The notes below the pieces were generated by a model. It was given only the letters and a program-made list of their open reading frames with translations, was not told the DNA's origin and did no database searches. A program made the position numbers and the translations under genes. A DNA stretch of 64,000 nucleotides, taken from positions 242,243-306,242 of the forward strand of contig JAWKRW010000005.1 of the NCBI GenBank assembly GCA_041389445.1. Direction: 5' to 3'. Shown here one piece after another: positions 1-9,030 of the stretch (position 1 is the first letter of the stretch; each line of letters begins with the position of its first letter). The DNA comes from Myxococcota bacterium. GTDB taxonomy: Bacteria; Myxococcota_A; UBA9160; UBA4427.

Positions 1-540
1 ATCCGGGCGAGCGGGCCCGCGCGATCCGCGCGGCGCGACCGACCCGACGACCGGCCCGAACGGCCCGCCCGGGCGAAGCGAGCCGGGAAGGCGGGCGACT
101 GGACGACAGGACCGACGGAAGCGGCGGCCGAGCGTGGGCGAGCGCGGGGCGGACGACCACCGCGCCCGTCGGTCGGCCAGATCGCGGCGCGCGTGCTCGA
201 GCGGCATGCCGCCGCGCGGACGGCCGGGCCCGCGGTCGGCGGTCCGAAGGCGCGGGTCAAGCGCAAGCCGATCCCCGCGGCGCGGCGTGTCGACGCCACG
301 CAGGAAGCGCCCGGTCCGCGTTCCCCGGACCACGGACCCCACGCGCGCGGGCGCGCCGCGGACGCCGCGCGCCGACCGAGCCCGAAGCACGCGCGGAAGG
401 ACGGGCCGAAGGGCCGACCCGCCGGTGGCCCGCGCGCCGGATCGCCCGCTCCCGCTTCGCGCAAGAGGCGGTAGAGTCGCGACCGACCCGGTCGGCCTTC
501 CTCCGTCCGGGTCCCCCATGCGACGAAGGAGGCAGGCGGG

Positions 541-1140
541 ATGGCCAGTGCAGGACGACCGGGAACGAACCCCTCGCTGACGAAGAAGGCCATGGGCATC
601 GCTCCGGGCTGGCCCCTCGAGGTCGAGGACGAGAGCCCGCGGTCGCTGCGCAAGGCGATCCAGATGCTGATGGACATCGAGGCGATCCGCCGCGTCAAGC
701 ACGCCTACTTCCGCTGCATCGACACGGGCAACTTCGAGGAGCTCGAGACGCTCTTCCATCCCGACGTCCAGGTCCATTTCCTCGGCGGGACCTACGAGTG
801 GAAGCTCCAGGGGCGCGAGGACTACCTCGCCGCGATCCAGCAGTCGTTCCATACCCGCTCCGTCGGACACCACAACGGCCACCACCCCGAGATCGAGATC
901 CTCTCCGCCGACGAGGCGACGGGCGTGTGGTATCTGGCCGACAACATGTGGATCATGAACCAGAAGAACTTCGCGACCGGGACGGCGATCTACTGGGATC
1001 GCTACAAGAAGGTCGACGGTCGCTGGCTCATCCACGACACGAAGTACGAGCGCATCTACGAGATGAACGAGCGCATTCGCGAAGAGCCGAAGTTCGACTA
1101 CCACTATCTGGCGAAGTACGGACAGAGGCTCCACGAATGA
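541..1140 (+). CDS. SnoaL-like / NTF2-fold family protein
   Basis: The ORF translation shows the SnoaL_4-like pattern (IEAIRRVKHAYFRCIDTGNFEELETLFHPDV ... GRWLIHDTKYE). A GAAGGAGG sits about 8 nt upstream of ATG 541. ATG 592 is an alternative start. Confidence 0.75.
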   Translation: MASAGRPGTNPSLTKKAMGIAPGWPLEVEDESPRSLRKAIQMLMDIEAIRRVKHAYFRCIDTGNFEELETLFHPDVQVHFLGGTYEWKLQGREDYLAAIQQSFHTRSVGHHNGHHPEIEILSADEATGVWYLADNMWIMNQKNFATGTAIYWDRYKKVDGRWLIHDTKYERIYEMNERIREEPKFDYHYLAKYGQRLHE

Positions 1141-1397
1141 TCCGAGGGGGCGATCCCTGGTGATCGGGCGCACGCTCGGGGTCGAGCGCCTCGATTCTGT
1201 TAGTCCGATCCCGATCGGGAATCGGCTCGACTGGCCCGGAACGCGCTGAGCGCGTATCCTGAGACAGTGCACGGTGGCTCGCGCCTTCCCCCAGGCCGCG
1301 CAGGACCTCGACTCGGGGCTCGCTCCGTCGCTCGCTGGCACGAGGACGGTTCGCGCTTCGAGGACGTCCATCCAGGCCGCGAGGGAATCCCGACGTC

Positions 1398-3170
1398 ATG
1401 AGCCTGCGATTTCGTCTCAATCTGATCATGTCCGTCCTGATCGTGCTGTCGTCCTTCGTCACGGCGAAGATCATCCTCGACGATGCGCGTCATTCGATCC
1501 GCGAAGAGATGGAGGCCGGGACGCGGATCACGCATCAGCTCCTCGCGTCGCTCCTGACCGATCGATCCTTTCTCGCGCGCAACGAAGAGCCGAGCGTCAC
1601 GATGTACGAGTTGCTCCGCGGCGTTCGACGCGTGGGCGTCACCGGCATCCGGCTGTTCCGTGAGGACGGAACCCTCGTCTACGCGTCGCCCGTGCCGGAG
1701 CCGGTGCGGGCCCATTCCGTGCCCGACTGGTTCGCTTCGCTCGTCGCGCCCGAGCTCGCGACCGAGGCGTTCGCGGTCCCGGGTGGGCGGGTCGAGCTCG
1801 TGCCCGATCCGACGAGCGCCTTGTTCGAGGAGTGGGACGATCTGCACAAGCTGATCCGCCTGCTGCTCGGATTCCTCGTGCTGGTCAACCTCGTCGCGTT
1901 CTGGCTGCTCGGTCGGGCCTTGAGTCCGATCGCGAAGATCCTCGGTGGCCTGTCGGAAATGGAGCGCGGCCGCCTCGAGACACGTCTCCCCCGATTCGGA
2001 TCGCCCGAGTTCGACGCCATCGGCCAGACGTTCAACCAGATGGCGGCGGCCCTCGAACGAGGCCACGCCGAGAATGCCCGCCTCGCGCTGATCGCGAAGC
2101 AATCCTCGGACGCCATCCTGATCCACGATCTCGACGGCCGGGTGTCGTTCTGGAATCCCGCCGCGGAACGCCTGTTCGGCTACCGAGCCGACGAGATCGT
2201 GGGGCGGTCGGCGGATCTGCTCCTGCCCGGGCCGGGCGATGCGCTCGATCCCGAGCGTCCCGCGGCGCCCGGGACCGATGCGGGGGGCTCCGAAGACTGC
2301 GAGACGCAGCGGCGCACGCGCGAGGGTCGCATCGTTCACGTGGCCCTTTCAGTGGCCCCGCTCGTGGATCCGACGAGCGGGGCGGTCCTCGGCGAGATCT
2401 GTCGCGTCCGCGACATCACCGCGAGAAAGCTCGCCGAGGCGACCGAGCGGGAGCTCGTCGAGAATCGACGCTTCACCCAGCGGATGCAGACGCGCCTCGA
2501 AGAGGAGCGGCGCAGCATCGCCCGGGAGCTCCACGACGAGCTCGGTCAGTACGTCACGGCGATCAAGACGATCGGAACCGCCATCGCGAACCGGACGGCA
2601 GACGACGTCCCGGACGTCCACCGCAGCGCGCAGGCGATCGTCCAGGCCGCGAGCCACATCTATGACGGCGTCCACGGAATCATCCGACAGCTGCGGCCCG
2701 GCACGCTCGACCATTTCGGCCTGCCGGCGGCGATCGAGGAGCTGGTCAAGAGCTGGAGCAATCGCAATCCCGAGGTCGAATGCACGCTCGAGATGGCGGG
2801 CGACGTCGGAGCGCTCGGCGAGCCCGTCAGCATCGGGGTCTACCGCCTGGTCCAGGAGTCCCTGACGAACGTGGCTCGCCATGCCGGAGCGAGGCGTGTC
2901 CGCGTCGAGATCCGTCGCCTGGGGCAGCGTCTGACGGTCGACGTCGCCGACGACGGCCGGGGTCTTCCGAGCGGCGAGCCGGACGGACGGGCACGGCTCG
3001 GCGTGGTCGGCATGCGCGAGCGGGTCCAGGCGCTCGGGGGCGAATTCCGTCTGGATTCGGAGCGAGGGGTCGGGGTCCGAATCCACGCGTCGATCCCGGT
3101 TCCGACGGATCTGGCCGACGCGACCGAAGGCACGTCGAGCGACATGGGAGGCTGGGGCGGGTCGACATGA
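1398..3170 (+). CDS. Sensor histidine kinase (HAMP-PAS-HisKA_3-HATPase, NarX/LiaS type)
   Basis: It has an N-terminal TM helix (LNLIMSVLIVLSSFV), a second TM helix followed by a HAMP-like segment (LSPIAKILGGLSEMERG...FNQMAAALE) and a PAS-like segment. The HisKA_3 H-box is ARELHDELGQYVTAIK. The ATPase motifs are ESLTNVARHA, DDGRGL and GVVGMRERV. Confidence 0.9.
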   Translation: MSLRFRLNLIMSVLIVLSSFVTAKIILDDARHSIREEMEAGTRITHQLLASLLTDRSFLARNEEPSVTMYELLRGVRRVGVTGIRLFREDGTLVYASPVPEPVRAHSVPDWFASLVAPELATEAFAVPGGRVELVPDPTSALFEEWDDLHKLIRLLLGFLVLVNLVAFWLLGRALSPIAKILGGLSEMERGRLETRLPRFGSPEFDAIGQTFNQMAAALERGHAENARLALIAKQSSDAILIHDLDGRVSFWNPAAERLFGYRADEIVGRSADLLLPGPGDALDPERPAAPGTDAGGSEDCETQRRTREGRIVHVALSVAPLVDPTSGAVLGEICRVRDITARKLAEATERELVENRRFTQRMQTRLEEERRSIARELHDELGQYVTAIKTIGTAIANRTADDVPDVHRSAQAIVQAASHIYDGVHGIIRQLRPGTLDHFGLPAAIEELVKSWSNRNPEVECTLEMAGDVGALGEPVSIGVYRLVQESLTNVARHAGARRVRVEIRRLGQRLTVDVADDGRGLPSGEPDGRARLGVVGMRERVQALGGEFRLDSERGVGVRIHASIPVPTDLADATEGTSSDMGGWGGST

Positions 3171-3619
3171 AGAAGTCCGGGATTCGCGTGATGCTCGTCG
3201 ACGATCACGCCGTGGTCCGAATGGGGTTTCGGCTCCTGCTGGACGGCACGGACGACATCACGGTCGTGGCGGAGGCGGAGAGCGGGGAGGAGGCCGTCCG
3301 CCGGCATGCCGAGGTCGCACCCGACGTCGTCGTGATGGACATCTCCATGCCCGGGATCGGCGGGCTCGCGGCGACCGAACGCATTCGAGCGCAGTCTTCA
3401 GTCGCCCGCATCCTCGTCCTGTCCGCCCACGAGGACGTGACGTACGCGAAGCGGGCGCTCGAGGTCGGTGCATCCGGGTACCTGACGAAGCGAAGCGCTG
3501 CGGAGGAGCTGATCGAGGCGATCCGAAGCGTCGCCGACGATCGGGTCTATCTCGAGCCCGAGATCCACCGGGAGCTGCTGGCGCAGTTCCCGATGGCGTT
3601 CGCGTCGACCCGGGCCTAG
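3167..3619 (+). CDS. Response regulator, receiver (REC) domain only (NarL/FixJ-type receiver without LuxR HTH)
   Basis: ATG 3167 overlaps the kinase stop as ATGA. Receiver motifs are present (MLVDDH, VVVMDISMPGIGGL, LVLSAHED, GASGYLTKRS). The ORF stops about 25 aa after the receiver domain with no HTH. Confidence 0.85.
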   Translation: MKKSGIRVMLVDDHAVVRMGFRLLLDGTDDITVVAEAESGEEAVRRHAEVAPDVVVMDISMPGIGGLAATERIRAQSSVARILVLSAHEDVTYAKRALEVGASGYLTKRSAAEELIEAIRSVADDRVYLEPEIHRELLAQFPMAFASTRA

Positions 3620-3718
3620 CACGCAGCCAATCCGCGCCCGCCTCCCACGGCGACGGACCGCGAGATCCGACCGTGCCGTCGGCGAGTCGGTGGATCGACA
3701 GCGCTGGTCCGTCCCCCT

Positions 3719-6178
3719 ATGCTGGCCGACCCATTCGAAGGACCGATCGTGGCCACGACGTCGACCCGGCTCCGCGAGCGCATGGAAGACGCCTTCGGAG
3801 TCTGGGCGGGGACCGTCTCGCGCCACGCAGGCTGGATCGTGCTCGGCATGCTCGCCCTGACGGCGGGGCTCGCGACGCGCATCCCGGACCTCCAGGTCAA
3901 GACCGCGACCGAGGACTTCCTCTTCGAGAACGATCCGATCCGGGCGACGTACGACGCCTTCAAGGTCGACTTCGGACAGGATCAGATCGCGCTCGTGACG
4001 ATCGAGCCGCCGGAGGTCTTCGACCGCCGCTTCCTCGAGCGCCTCGTCGCGTTCCACCGCGAGCTCGAGGAGGAGCTCCCCTACCTCGAGGAGATCACGA
4101 GCCTCTGGAACGTACGCTCCGTCCGCGGACGCGGCGACGAGCTCGTCGTCGAGGACCTGCTCGAGCAGATGCCCTCGACCGACGAGGAGATGGCGGCGCT
4201 GCGCGAGCGCGTCCGCTCGACGCCTTCGTATCGGACCCGAGGACTCATCTCGGACGACGGACGTGCGACCTCGATCCTGCTCGAGGTCGCGACCTACTCC
4301 GCGGCCGGCGACGGGGGATCGGCGGTCGACACGGACGTCGACGACGAGCTGCTCGGGGGCTTCGAGGAGTCGGGCGTAGCGGGGACCCGACGGCCCTTCC
4401 TGACGGGGCCCGAGAACGACGCCTTCATCGGCGCGCTCAAGCGCGTGATCGCGCGCTACGACGCGCCGGACTTCCGCATCCGGCCGACCGGCGGCACGCT
4501 CTTCACCCACGAGCTCACGATGACGATGGCCGAGGACGTGCCCCGCTTCTTCGGCGGCGGGCTGCTGGCGATCGTCGTCTTCCTGGCGGTCCTCTTCCGC
4601 CGCGCGTCGCCCGTCCTGCTCTGCGTCGTGGTCGTGCTGCCCGCCGTCCTCTCGACCTTCGGGCTGGCCGCCGTCCTCGGCATTCCCTTCAGCGTCACGT
4701 CCCAGCTGATCCCCTCCTTCCTGCTGGCCGTCGGCGTCGGCTACACGGTCCACCTCGTCACGATCTTCCTGCGCGAGCTCTCTCCTTCGGGATCGCGCGC
4801 GGCCGCCCTCGAAGCCGCGCTGCGCCACTCCGGCCTTCCGATCGCGATGACGGCGGTCACGACCATCACCGGCATGCTCTCCTTTCTCGCGGCGCAGATG
4901 AAGCCGATCATGGAGATGGGGCTGCTCGCGGCGCTGGGAGCGGCCGTCTCGCTCGTCTTCGCCTTGACGCTGCTGCCGGGCCTGCTCGTGCTGATGCCGA
5001 TCACGCCGCGCCCGGAGCGGGAGTCGTTGCTCGTCCGATCGCTGCTCGGTCGTCTCGCCGCCTTCTCCGCGCGTCATGCCTGGCCGATCGTCGGCGCCAC
5101 GGCCGCGCTGACCCTTCTGTCGATCGTGCTGATGGGCTGGCTGCGGGTCTCGTCGAATCCGACCTCGTGGCTTCCGCCGGAGCATCCCTATCGCGTCGCC
5201 ACGGACTTCGCCGAGGCGCGCTTCGGCGGCGCGATGACCTACGAGCTCCTGATCGACACGGGTCGGCCCGACGGCGTGAAGGATCCCGCCGTCCTGAACG
5301 CGCTGGCATCGCTCGACCAGGTCGTGGCGGATCATCGCGATCGTGGCGCGCGCATCACGCACACGAGCTCGATCGTCGAGATCGTGAAGGAGAGCCATCA
5401 GGCCCTGAACGGGGACGACCCGACCTACTATGCCTTGCCGCAGGATGCGCCGCTGGTGGCGCAGGAGCTCCTGCTCTTCGAGAACGGGGGACAGGACGAT
5501 CTCGAGAAGGTCGTCGATTCCTTCTATGCGAAGACGCATCTGACGCTCAAGACGACCTGGCGAGACGGCGTCCAGCTGGCGCAGTTCATCCGCGAATCCC
5601 AGGCCGACTTCGCGGCCAAGCTGGCGGGTCTCGCCGACCTCGAGATCACGGGCATGAGCGCCGTCGTGTCGCGCACGGTCGACGCCACGACCGAGAGCAT
5701 GCTGCGCAGCTATGCCCTCGCCCTCGCGCTGATCACGCCGCTCCTGATGCTCCTGATCGGGAGCCTGCGGGCGGGGCTCGTCAGCATGGTGCCGAACCTC
5801 GTGCCGATCGTGATGACGCTCGGGTTGATGGCGGTGCTCGACATTCCGATCGACATGTTCACGCTGCTCGCTGGCTGCATCGCGATCGGTCTCGCCGTCG
5901 ACGACACGATCCACTTCATCGCCGGCTTCCGGCGCTACCTCGCCCAGGGCCACGACGCCGTCCGCGCCGTCGAGCTCACGATGCAGTCGACGGGGCGCGC
6001 GCTGCTCTTCACGTCGATCGTGTTGACGTCGGGCTTCCTCGTCCTGACGCTCTCGTCGCTGCTGAACCTGCGGCAGGTCGGGATCCTGACCTCGTTCGCG
6101 ATCGCCTCGGCCTTCGTCCTCGACGTGACCGTCACGCCGGCGCTGCTGGTATTGACCCACCGGAGACGCGCGGCCTGA
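3719..6178 (+). CDS. MMPL / RND-superfamily exporter (COG1033-like)
   Basis: 819 aa. It shows two blocks of about 5-6 TM helices, each preceded by a large soluble loop. The sequence style is typical of MMPL/SSD proteins (FLAVLFRRASPVLLCVVVVLPAVLSTFGL ... AIGLAVDDTIHF). Confidence 0.9.
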   Translation: MLADPFEGPIVATTSTRLRERMEDAFGVWAGTVSRHAGWIVLGMLALTAGLATRIPDLQVKTATEDFLFENDPIRATYDAFKVDFGQDQIALVTIEPPEVFDRRFLERLVAFHRELEEELPYLEEITSLWNVRSVRGRGDELVVEDLLEQMPSTDEEMAALRERVRSTPSYRTRGLISDDGRATSILLEVATYSAAGDGGSAVDTDVDDELLGGFEESGVAGTRRPFLTGPENDAFIGALKRVIARYDAPDFRIRPTGGTLFTHELTMTMAEDVPRFFGGGLLAIVVFLAVLFRRASPVLLCVVVVLPAVLSTFGLAAVLGIPFSVTSQLIPSFLLAVGVGYTVHLVTIFLRELSPSGSRAAALEAALRHSGLPIAMTAVTTITGMLSFLAAQMKPIMEMGLLAALGAAVSLVFALTLLPGLLVLMPITPRPERESLLVRSLLGRLAAFSARHAWPIVGATAALTLLSIVLMGWLRVSSNPTSWLPPEHPYRVATDFAEARFGGAMTYELLIDTGRPDGVKDPAVLNALASLDQVVADHRDRGARITHTSSIVEIVKESHQALNGDDPTYYALPQDAPLVAQELLLFENGGQDDLEKVVDSFYAKTHLTLKTTWRDGVQLAQFIRESQADFAAKLAGLADLEITGMSAVVSRTVDATTESMLRSYALALALITPLLMLLIGSLRAGLVSMVPNLVPIVMTLGLMAVLDIPIDMFTLLAGCIAIGLAVDDTIHFIAGFRRYLAQGHDAVRAVELTMQSTGRALLFTSIVLTSGFLVLTLSSLLNLRQVGILTSFAIASAFVLDVTVTPALLVLTHRRRAA

Positions 6179-6263
6179 CGCGAGGGGCGGCTCGAACGAG
6201 CAGCCTTCCGAATCCGGGTCTCGCGTCGCTCCTGCCGATCCTGCCCTTCGGGCCGGTCGCGCG

Positions 6264-6668
6264 GTGAACACGGCTTCGGCGACTCGTTCGAGCGCAGTCC
6301 ATGCGTCGCGCCAGCACGCTGCCCGTCCGACCCTCCGGTGCGTCTTCGTCCTGCTGGTTCTCGGATTCCTGCTGTCAGCCTCCGATGCCTGGAGCTACGC
6401 GTGGCGGACGGGGGCGTACGGGCAGTGCTCGCTGAGCTGCGGCGGCGGCCTGCCGACGCGGTCGGTGATCTGCGTGGACGATGTCGGGACGCCGGTGGCG
6501 GAGTCGTTCTGTGCGGGTCAGCCGAAGCCGGCGACGTCGCAGGCCTGTAACGATCAGGCGTGCGTCGCCGAGGTCCCTGCGCTCGCACCGCTCGTTCGCG
6601 CTGGCCTCGTCCTCGTCGCGACCGGTCTCGGCGGCGTGATCCGTCGACGTCGTCGGCGGCGGGGGTGA
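6264..6668 (+). CDS. Small secreted protein with one thrombospondin type-1 repeat (TSP1) and a C-terminal VPXXXP/PEP-CTERM-like sorting tail
   Basis: Signal-like segment CVFVLLVLGFLLSASDA. TSR signature WSYAWRTGAYGQCSLSCGGGLPTRSVICVDD...FCAGQPKP..QACNDQAC. Tail VPALAPLVRAGLVLVATGLGGVIRRRRRRRG. The GTG start is uncertain. Confidence 0.7.
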   Translation: MNTASATRSSAVHASRQHAARPTLRCVFVLLVLGFLLSASDAWSYAWRTGAYGQCSLSCGGGLPTRSVICVDDVGTPVAESFCAGQPKPATSQACNDQACVAEVPALAPLVRAGLVLVATGLGGVIRRRRRRRG

Positions 6669-6867
6669 GCCGTCGTCCCCTTGGGTCGGGCGGGGACCGG
6701 CGGCGAGGGCCGGGGGCTCGCGATCGGGGGGCGGGGGCTTCGCAGACGTCTGATCGGGCGCATGGGGCGTCTTGTGGCTCGTTCCGAAAGGGAGGATGCT
6801 AGGTCGGTCGGTCGGCCACCCGGGAGTCGCTCGGAATGCGCTCGGCAGGCAGTCCTGGAGGTCCGTC

Positions 6868-7914
6868 GTGCCGCTGTCTGCTCGCCCCGAGGCGGCGACC
6901 GTTTCGGATCCCGAGTCCGGCTCGCTCGGGATCGCGATCGTCGCCCTGCTGATCCTGCTCCCGCTCTCCCTCCTCGCTCCGGTCCGTTCCGCCTCGGCCG
7001 TCGGGATCGATTGGGTCGACGTCCCCGGCCCCGGCAACGCCTGCGACGAGCAGGCCACCGGCTGCTTCGGCGCCGTCGCGACGAACTATCAGATCTCGCG
7101 GACGGAGGTCACGAATGCCCAGTACGCCGAGTTCCTGAACGCGAAGGCGGCCTCCGACCCGTTCGGGCTCTACAACCCGTCGATGGCCTCGGGCCAGGGC
7201 GGGATCGTCCGCAGCGGCAGCCCGGGGAGCTACGTCTATTCGACGATCGTCGGACGGGGCGAGATGCCCGTCGTCTTCGTCTCCTTCTTCGACGCCCTTC
7301 GCTTCGCCAACTGGCTCCACAACGGCCAGGGCAACGGCGATACGGAGAGCGGCGCCTACACCCTGCTCGGCGGTACCGCGACGCCGAGCAATGGCGCGAC
7401 CGTCGTGCGCGAGCCGGGCGCGACCGTCGTCGTTCCGCTCGAGGACGAGTGGTACAAGGCCGCCTACTACGATGCCGACTCGGACCTCTACTACGACTAC
7501 CCGGCGGGCTCCGATGACGTCATGACCTGTCAGGCGGGCGGGCTCTCGCCGAACGCGGCGAACTGCCTGGGCGGGCCGGGCGGTCTGGTCGCGGTCGGGA
7601 GCTATGCCGGCAGCGCGGGTCCGAACGGAACGTTCGACCAGGGCGGCAACGTCTACGAGTGGACCGAGACCCTCGTCGCCCAGAACCGTCGGCTTCGGGG
7701 CGGCTCCTGGTCGTCTTCGGCGAGCACCACGGGCGCCGCCTCCGGGAGCTTCACGGCGCCCGCGACCGAGAGCCAGCAGACCGGCATGCGTGTGGCCACG
7801 CCGAGCGGCGGCGCGGCGGTTCCGGCATCCTCGTCCGTCGGACTCGGCTTGCTGGGCGGCGCGCTCGCGGTGCTCGGTGGGCGCCGGATCCGCCGGACGG
7901 CGACGGAACCCTGA
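6868..7914 (+). CDS. FGE-sulfatase (SUMF1/EgtB/PvdO-fold) domain protein with C-terminal sorting tail
   Basis: FGE-sulfatase motifs are present (ISRTEVTNAQYAEFLN, PVVFVSFFDALRFANWL, GNVYEWTE..RLRGGSW). Signal peptide IAIVALLILLPLSLLAPVRSASA. Tail VPASSSVGLGLLGGALAVLGGRRIRR. GTG 6868 is preceded by GGAGG. The ORF is open from 6772, and ATG 6796 is an alternative start. Confidence 0.85.
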   Translation: MPLSARPEAATVSDPESGSLGIAIVALLILLPLSLLAPVRSASAVGIDWVDVPGPGNACDEQATGCFGAVATNYQISRTEVTNAQYAEFLNAKAASDPFGLYNPSMASGQGGIVRSGSPGSYVYSTIVGRGEMPVVFVSFFDALRFANWLHNGQGNGDTESGAYTLLGGTATPSNGATVVREPGATVVVPLEDEWYKAAYYDADSDLYYDYPAGSDDVMTCQAGGLSPNAANCLGGPGGLVAVGSYAGSAGPNGTFDQGGNVYEWTETLVAQNRRLRGGSWSSSASTTGAASGSFTAPATESQQTGMRVATPSGGAAVPASSSVGLGLLGGALAVLGGRRIRRTATEP

Positions 7915-7928
7915 CGGGAGATCGGATC

Positions 7929-8966
7929 ATGGAGCTCGACATCATCGCGCACCCGAAGACGCTGCGGGAATCGCAGCGCCACGCCCAGGAGGTCGAGGCC
8001 GCGGGCTTCGGCGCGATCTGGTGGACCGACTCGGGACGTTCGGCCTATCTCGCCGCGACGGCCTCTGCGCTCGGGACCGAGCGGCTGCAGATCGGGACGG
8101 GCATCGCCGTCGCGTTTCCGCGCAGCCCGATGGTGACGGCGGGGATCGCGTGGGAGCTCGCGGCGTCGACGAACGGGCGCTTCGTCCTCGGTCTCGGCAG
8201 CCAGGTCAAGGCCCACATCGAGCGGCGCTACAGCGCGGAGTTCGTCCCGCCGGGTCCGCGGATGAAGGAGTACGTGGAGAGCGTGAAGGCGATCTTCCGC
8301 GCCTTCGCCGGGGAGGAGAAGCTCGACTATCAGGGCCGCTACTACCGGTTCTCCCTGCTTCCGCCGACGTGGAGTCCGGGGCCGATCGAAGTTCCGGCGC
8401 CGCCCGTCTACATCTCCGCCGTGCTCCCCTACATGAGCCGCCTCGTCGGCGAGGTCGCCGACGGCATCCACGTCCATCCCTTCCATTCGCCCGAGTACGT
8501 CCGCGACGTCCAGCGCGAGGCGATCGAAGAGGGGCTCGCCCGGTCGGGTCGAACGCTCGACGCGATCACGTTCTCCTGCCCGATCATGACGGCCGTCGGT
8601 GATACGGACGAGGCGCTCGAGCGGACCCGCGAGCATGCGCGCACGATGATCGCCTTCTATGGCTCGACGAGGACCTACTCCCCGGTCTTCGAACACCACG
8701 GTCATCACGGCCTCTCCGACGAGCTCCACGCGCTCCAGAGTCGCGGCGACGTCGCCGGCATGAAGGCGCTCGTCACCGACGCCGTCCTCGACCACTACGT
8801 CGTCACCTCGGATTGGAACCACCTCGCCGGGAAGCTCGTCGCGCGCTACCGCGGCCTCGCGCCGAACGTCCGCGTCACGTCCTATACCGCGGCCGACGGC
8901 TGGAAGGATCCCGCCTGGCGCGAGAAGTGGTCGCAGGTCGCGAAGGCGATGCGTACGGCGGGCTGA
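7929..8966 (+). CDS. Luciferase-like monooxygenase (LLM class), probably F420-dependent oxidoreductase
   Basis: Translation from ATG 7929 (MELDIIAHPKTLRESQRHAQEVEAAGFGAIWWTDSG...RFVLGLGSQVKAHIERRYS) matches the LLM/F420-dependent family pattern. Confidence 0.9.
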   Translation: MELDIIAHPKTLRESQRHAQEVEAAGFGAIWWTDSGRSAYLAATASALGTERLQIGTGIAVAFPRSPMVTAGIAWELAASTNGRFVLGLGSQVKAHIERRYSAEFVPPGPRMKEYVESVKAIFRAFAGEEKLDYQGRYYRFSLLPPTWSPGPIEVPAPPVYISAVLPYMSRLVGEVADGIHVHPFHSPEYVRDVQREAIEEGLARSGRTLDAITFSCPIMTAVGDTDEALERTREHARTMIAFYGSTRTYSPVFEHHGHHGLSDELHALQSRGDVAGMKALVTDAVLDHYVVTSDWNHLAGKLVARYRGLAPNVRVTSYTAADGWKDPAWREKWSQVAKAMRTAG

Positions 8967-9030
8967 TCCGAGCGAGGCCTCGATCGCGAGGGGCATCGAC
9001 GGGTCGCCGACGAGGGACGATCTCCACGCG

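Noticed and set aside
1-540. A frame open from the left edge to 474 (..AKRAGKAGDW..KARVKRKPIPAARRV..SRKRR), plus ORFs 134..580 and 193..474.
   Set aside because: The composition is extremely basic and low-complexity, and no domain, RBS or signal is recognisable. I cannot tell the C-terminus of a disordered protein from non-coding GC-rich DNA, so I left it unannotated.
1205-1230. The nested palindrome gtCCGATCCCGATCGGGAATCGGc between the SnoaL-like gene and the kinase gene, as a terminator or operator.
   Set aside because: The central CCCGATCGGG leaves no loop for a hairpin and no T-tract follows. It could be a binding site, but nothing else supports that.
3620-3718. A relic of a LuxR HTH (..ATDREIRP..) in the spacer after the truncated response regulator, in frame with both the regulator and the MMPL gene.
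   Set aside because: Only five residues resemble LTxRExEVL. The rest of the 33 codons shows no HTH-like sequence, so the evidence is insufficient. It is mentioned under the response-regulator finding only as something to check.
6674-6696. The GTCCCC-N11-GGGGAC inverted repeat after the TSR gene as a rho-independent terminator.
   Set aside because: The stem is short (6 bp), the loop is large, and there is no U-tract. Such inverted repeats are frequent by chance in GC-rich DNA.
6868-7914. The FGE-sulfatase-fold protein as the variable target of a diversity-generating retroelement.
   Set aside because: I found no reverse-transcriptase-like ORF in the window and no second near-identical copy (template repeat) of the gene's 3-prime end.
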